32,000 bases of DNA, taken from positions 1 through 32,000 of the forward strand of contig JBGAUU010000016.1 of NCBI GenBank assembly GCA_044228465.1, read 5' to 3'. Position 1 is the first letter of the stretch; the number at the start of each line of letters is the position of its first letter. The notes under the pieces are model-generated. The model had not been told where the DNA came from, ran no database searches, and worked only from the letters and a program-made list of their open reading frames with translations. The position numbers and the translations under genes are program-made. Origin of the DNA: Cyclobacteriaceae bacterium. Lineage in GTDB: Bacteria > Bacteroidota > Bacteroidia > Cytophagales > Cyclobacteriaceae. Shown here piece by piece: positions 30,981 to 32,000 of the stretch.

Positions 30981-31082
30981 TGCTTCGTAATTGGCATCCC
31001 CAGAAACGAAATCGGCTGACGATTTTGTTCGGGAAGTTGAGCGCGGGATGCTCGGGTTTTGTCGCTGTTTTCTTCGGTCACG
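30628..31082 (-). repeat. Diverged tandem duplication of a roughly 267-nt coding unit (unit A 30628-30894, truncated unit A-prime 30895-31082)
   Basis: Both units start with cgtgaccgaagaaaacagcga (RVTEENS) and end with gtgtatacg (VYT). The junction reads gtgtatacg|cgtgacc at about 30894/30895. A 95-nt core is close to 88 percent identical by hand alignment. A-prime lacks about 79 nt in several indels. Confidence 0.8.
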
Positions 31083-32000
31083 CGATCGCGCGAAAGCGCC
31101 AAGGGAAATGGAGCAAACTGATCTTTGTCGATCTCGTAGTCAAAATTGGTATTGTATTGCGTCACCAGCGTGCCGCCAGTTTTTACATAATTCAAAAGCG
31201 TAGGCATAAAATAACGGATCCGGTCATTGGTATTGATCGCGCGTACGCCCAGCACTACGGCATCAACTTTTTGCAGATTGGCTTCAGTCACTTCTTCGTT
31301 CTTCATCTCCCACACTTCATAGCCCATATTGCGTAAGGCAGTAGGCACATCATCACCAGCTCCTTTGATGTAGCCGATCACTGCACCTTCTTTCTTTAAA
31401 TTGATACGCACGATTTCTTCCTCGGCCTTGGGCTGCAATGTCTGCACGGGAATATGATCGTATTGAATGGTTTGTACACTCACATCGTATGATTTGCCTC
31501 CTACTTCGGCCACAGCCCGTACGGTAGATTTGATCTCTTCTTTGCCCGGTGTAACGACAAACGTCACTTGCTTCTCTTCATTTCTTTTCTTTAACTCAAA
31601 TGGAATCGCAGCAGGCTCAGATTTCCAACCTTGCGGCAATTTAAGTTTTACGGTGCCGTTAATTCCATCTACGGTGGATTTCAACAAGACGGCGATCGAC
31701 TGTGGTTGTTCATCTTTAAATAAATAAACCGATTTGCTCAGGTTGGTAAACACCGGAGGAACAATTTCAAAGGGACGTGATAATTCTCCCTTTACTGGAT
31801 CGGTCCATTTATAAATCAACGGCACAGGTATTGTTAACTTCTCGCCATTCACCAGAAAGGTAAATTGAAAAGTGACGGACGGATCATTCTCCGGCTTGCC
31901 TACAAAACTTGAATTTGGGATGGTAAACAATCCCAACGAGTGTGGTTTATTGAGCCAATACGGTCCCGAGAAATCCACTTGTTCTGTCAGCTTGCGTTTT
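30968..32000 (-). CDS. Large LmbE/PIG-L-family-associated protein, C-terminal portion (5-prime end lies beyond the window), prematurely terminated
   Basis: The reading frame stays open to position 32000 (KRKLTEQVDFSGPYW). The segment ...VIGYIKGAGDDVPTALRNMGYEV...AVVLGVRAINT...GGTLVTQYNT resembles the ThuA/class-I-amidotransferase-like C-terminal domain seen in roughly 830-aa Bacteroidetes PIG-L family deacetylases, from my recollection. After RVTEENS the frame departs from the conserved sequence and stops at 30968. Confidence 0.55.
   Translation of the reverse strand, partial: KRKLTEQVDFSGPYWLNKPHSLGLFTIPNSSFVGKPENDPSVTFQFTFLVNGEKLTIPVPLIYKWTDPVKGELSRPFEIVPPVFTNLSKSVYLFKDEQPQSIAVLLKSTVDGINGTVKLKLPQGWKSEPAAIPFELKKRNEEKQVTFVVTPGKEEIKSTVRAVAEVGGKSYDVSVQTIQYDHIPVQTLQPKAEEEIVRINLKKEGAVIGYIKGAGDDVPTALRNMGYEVWEMKNEEVTEANLQKVDAVVLGVRAINTNDRIRYFMPTLLNYVKTGGTLVTQYNTNFDYEIDKDQFAPFPLALSRDRVTEENSDKTRASRAQLPEQNRQPISFLGMPITKHCCR

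Noticed and set aside
30628-31082. Possibility that the two repeat copies are a diversity-generating retroelement template/variable repeat pair
   Set aside because: The differences are a mix of transitions in both directions plus indels, not restricted to adenine positions. No reverse transcriptase gene is visible in the window.

Overview
This is a chromosomal segment from a Bacteroidota genome, judged from the SusC/SusD pair, a T9SS C-terminal sorting domain, DUF2911/DUF3667 families and lack of Shine-Dalgarno-style spacing. I found no rRNA, tRNA, CRISPR array, transposase or integrase by eye. Positions 42-21058 form one same-strand block that looks like a polysaccharide/glycopeptide utilisation locus. 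Its genes, in order, are an APC amino acid permease, a membrane-spanning TPR/LuxR-type regulator, SusC, SusD, and a secreted M43 (cytophagalysin-type) zinc protease. These are followed by a 1016-aa cytoplasmic fusion (hydroxylysine-kinase-like phosphotransferase + M23 peptidase + class-III PLP enzyme of the phospho-lyase type), a GH63-like alpha-glucosidase, a beta-helix (GH110-like) hydrolase and a GH2 beta-galactosidase. My main hypothesis is that this block is an undescribed bacterial route for collagen-type glycopeptides, i.e. glucosyl-galactosyl-hydroxylysine. This is inference, not demonstrated. Positions 21-32 kb look like ordinary housekeeping or accessory genes: an ABC-F ATPase, a DUF3667 membrane protein, a TPR protein, an OmpA/beta-propeller protein, 3-methyladenine glycosylase, DUF2911, a sodium:solute symporter, and a large LmbE/PIG-L-associated protein running off the window. 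Several structural oddities deserve a second look. They are a GC-rich hairpin cluster at 13688-13813, a 63-codon open leader with a TAAATG junction at 15816-16007, a hairpin element flanked by 14-bp direct repeats at 24863-24977, and a diverged tandem duplication with frame decay at 30628-31082. Two unannotated small membrane ORFs are also noted. All family calls rest on motif recognition by eye and no searches were run.
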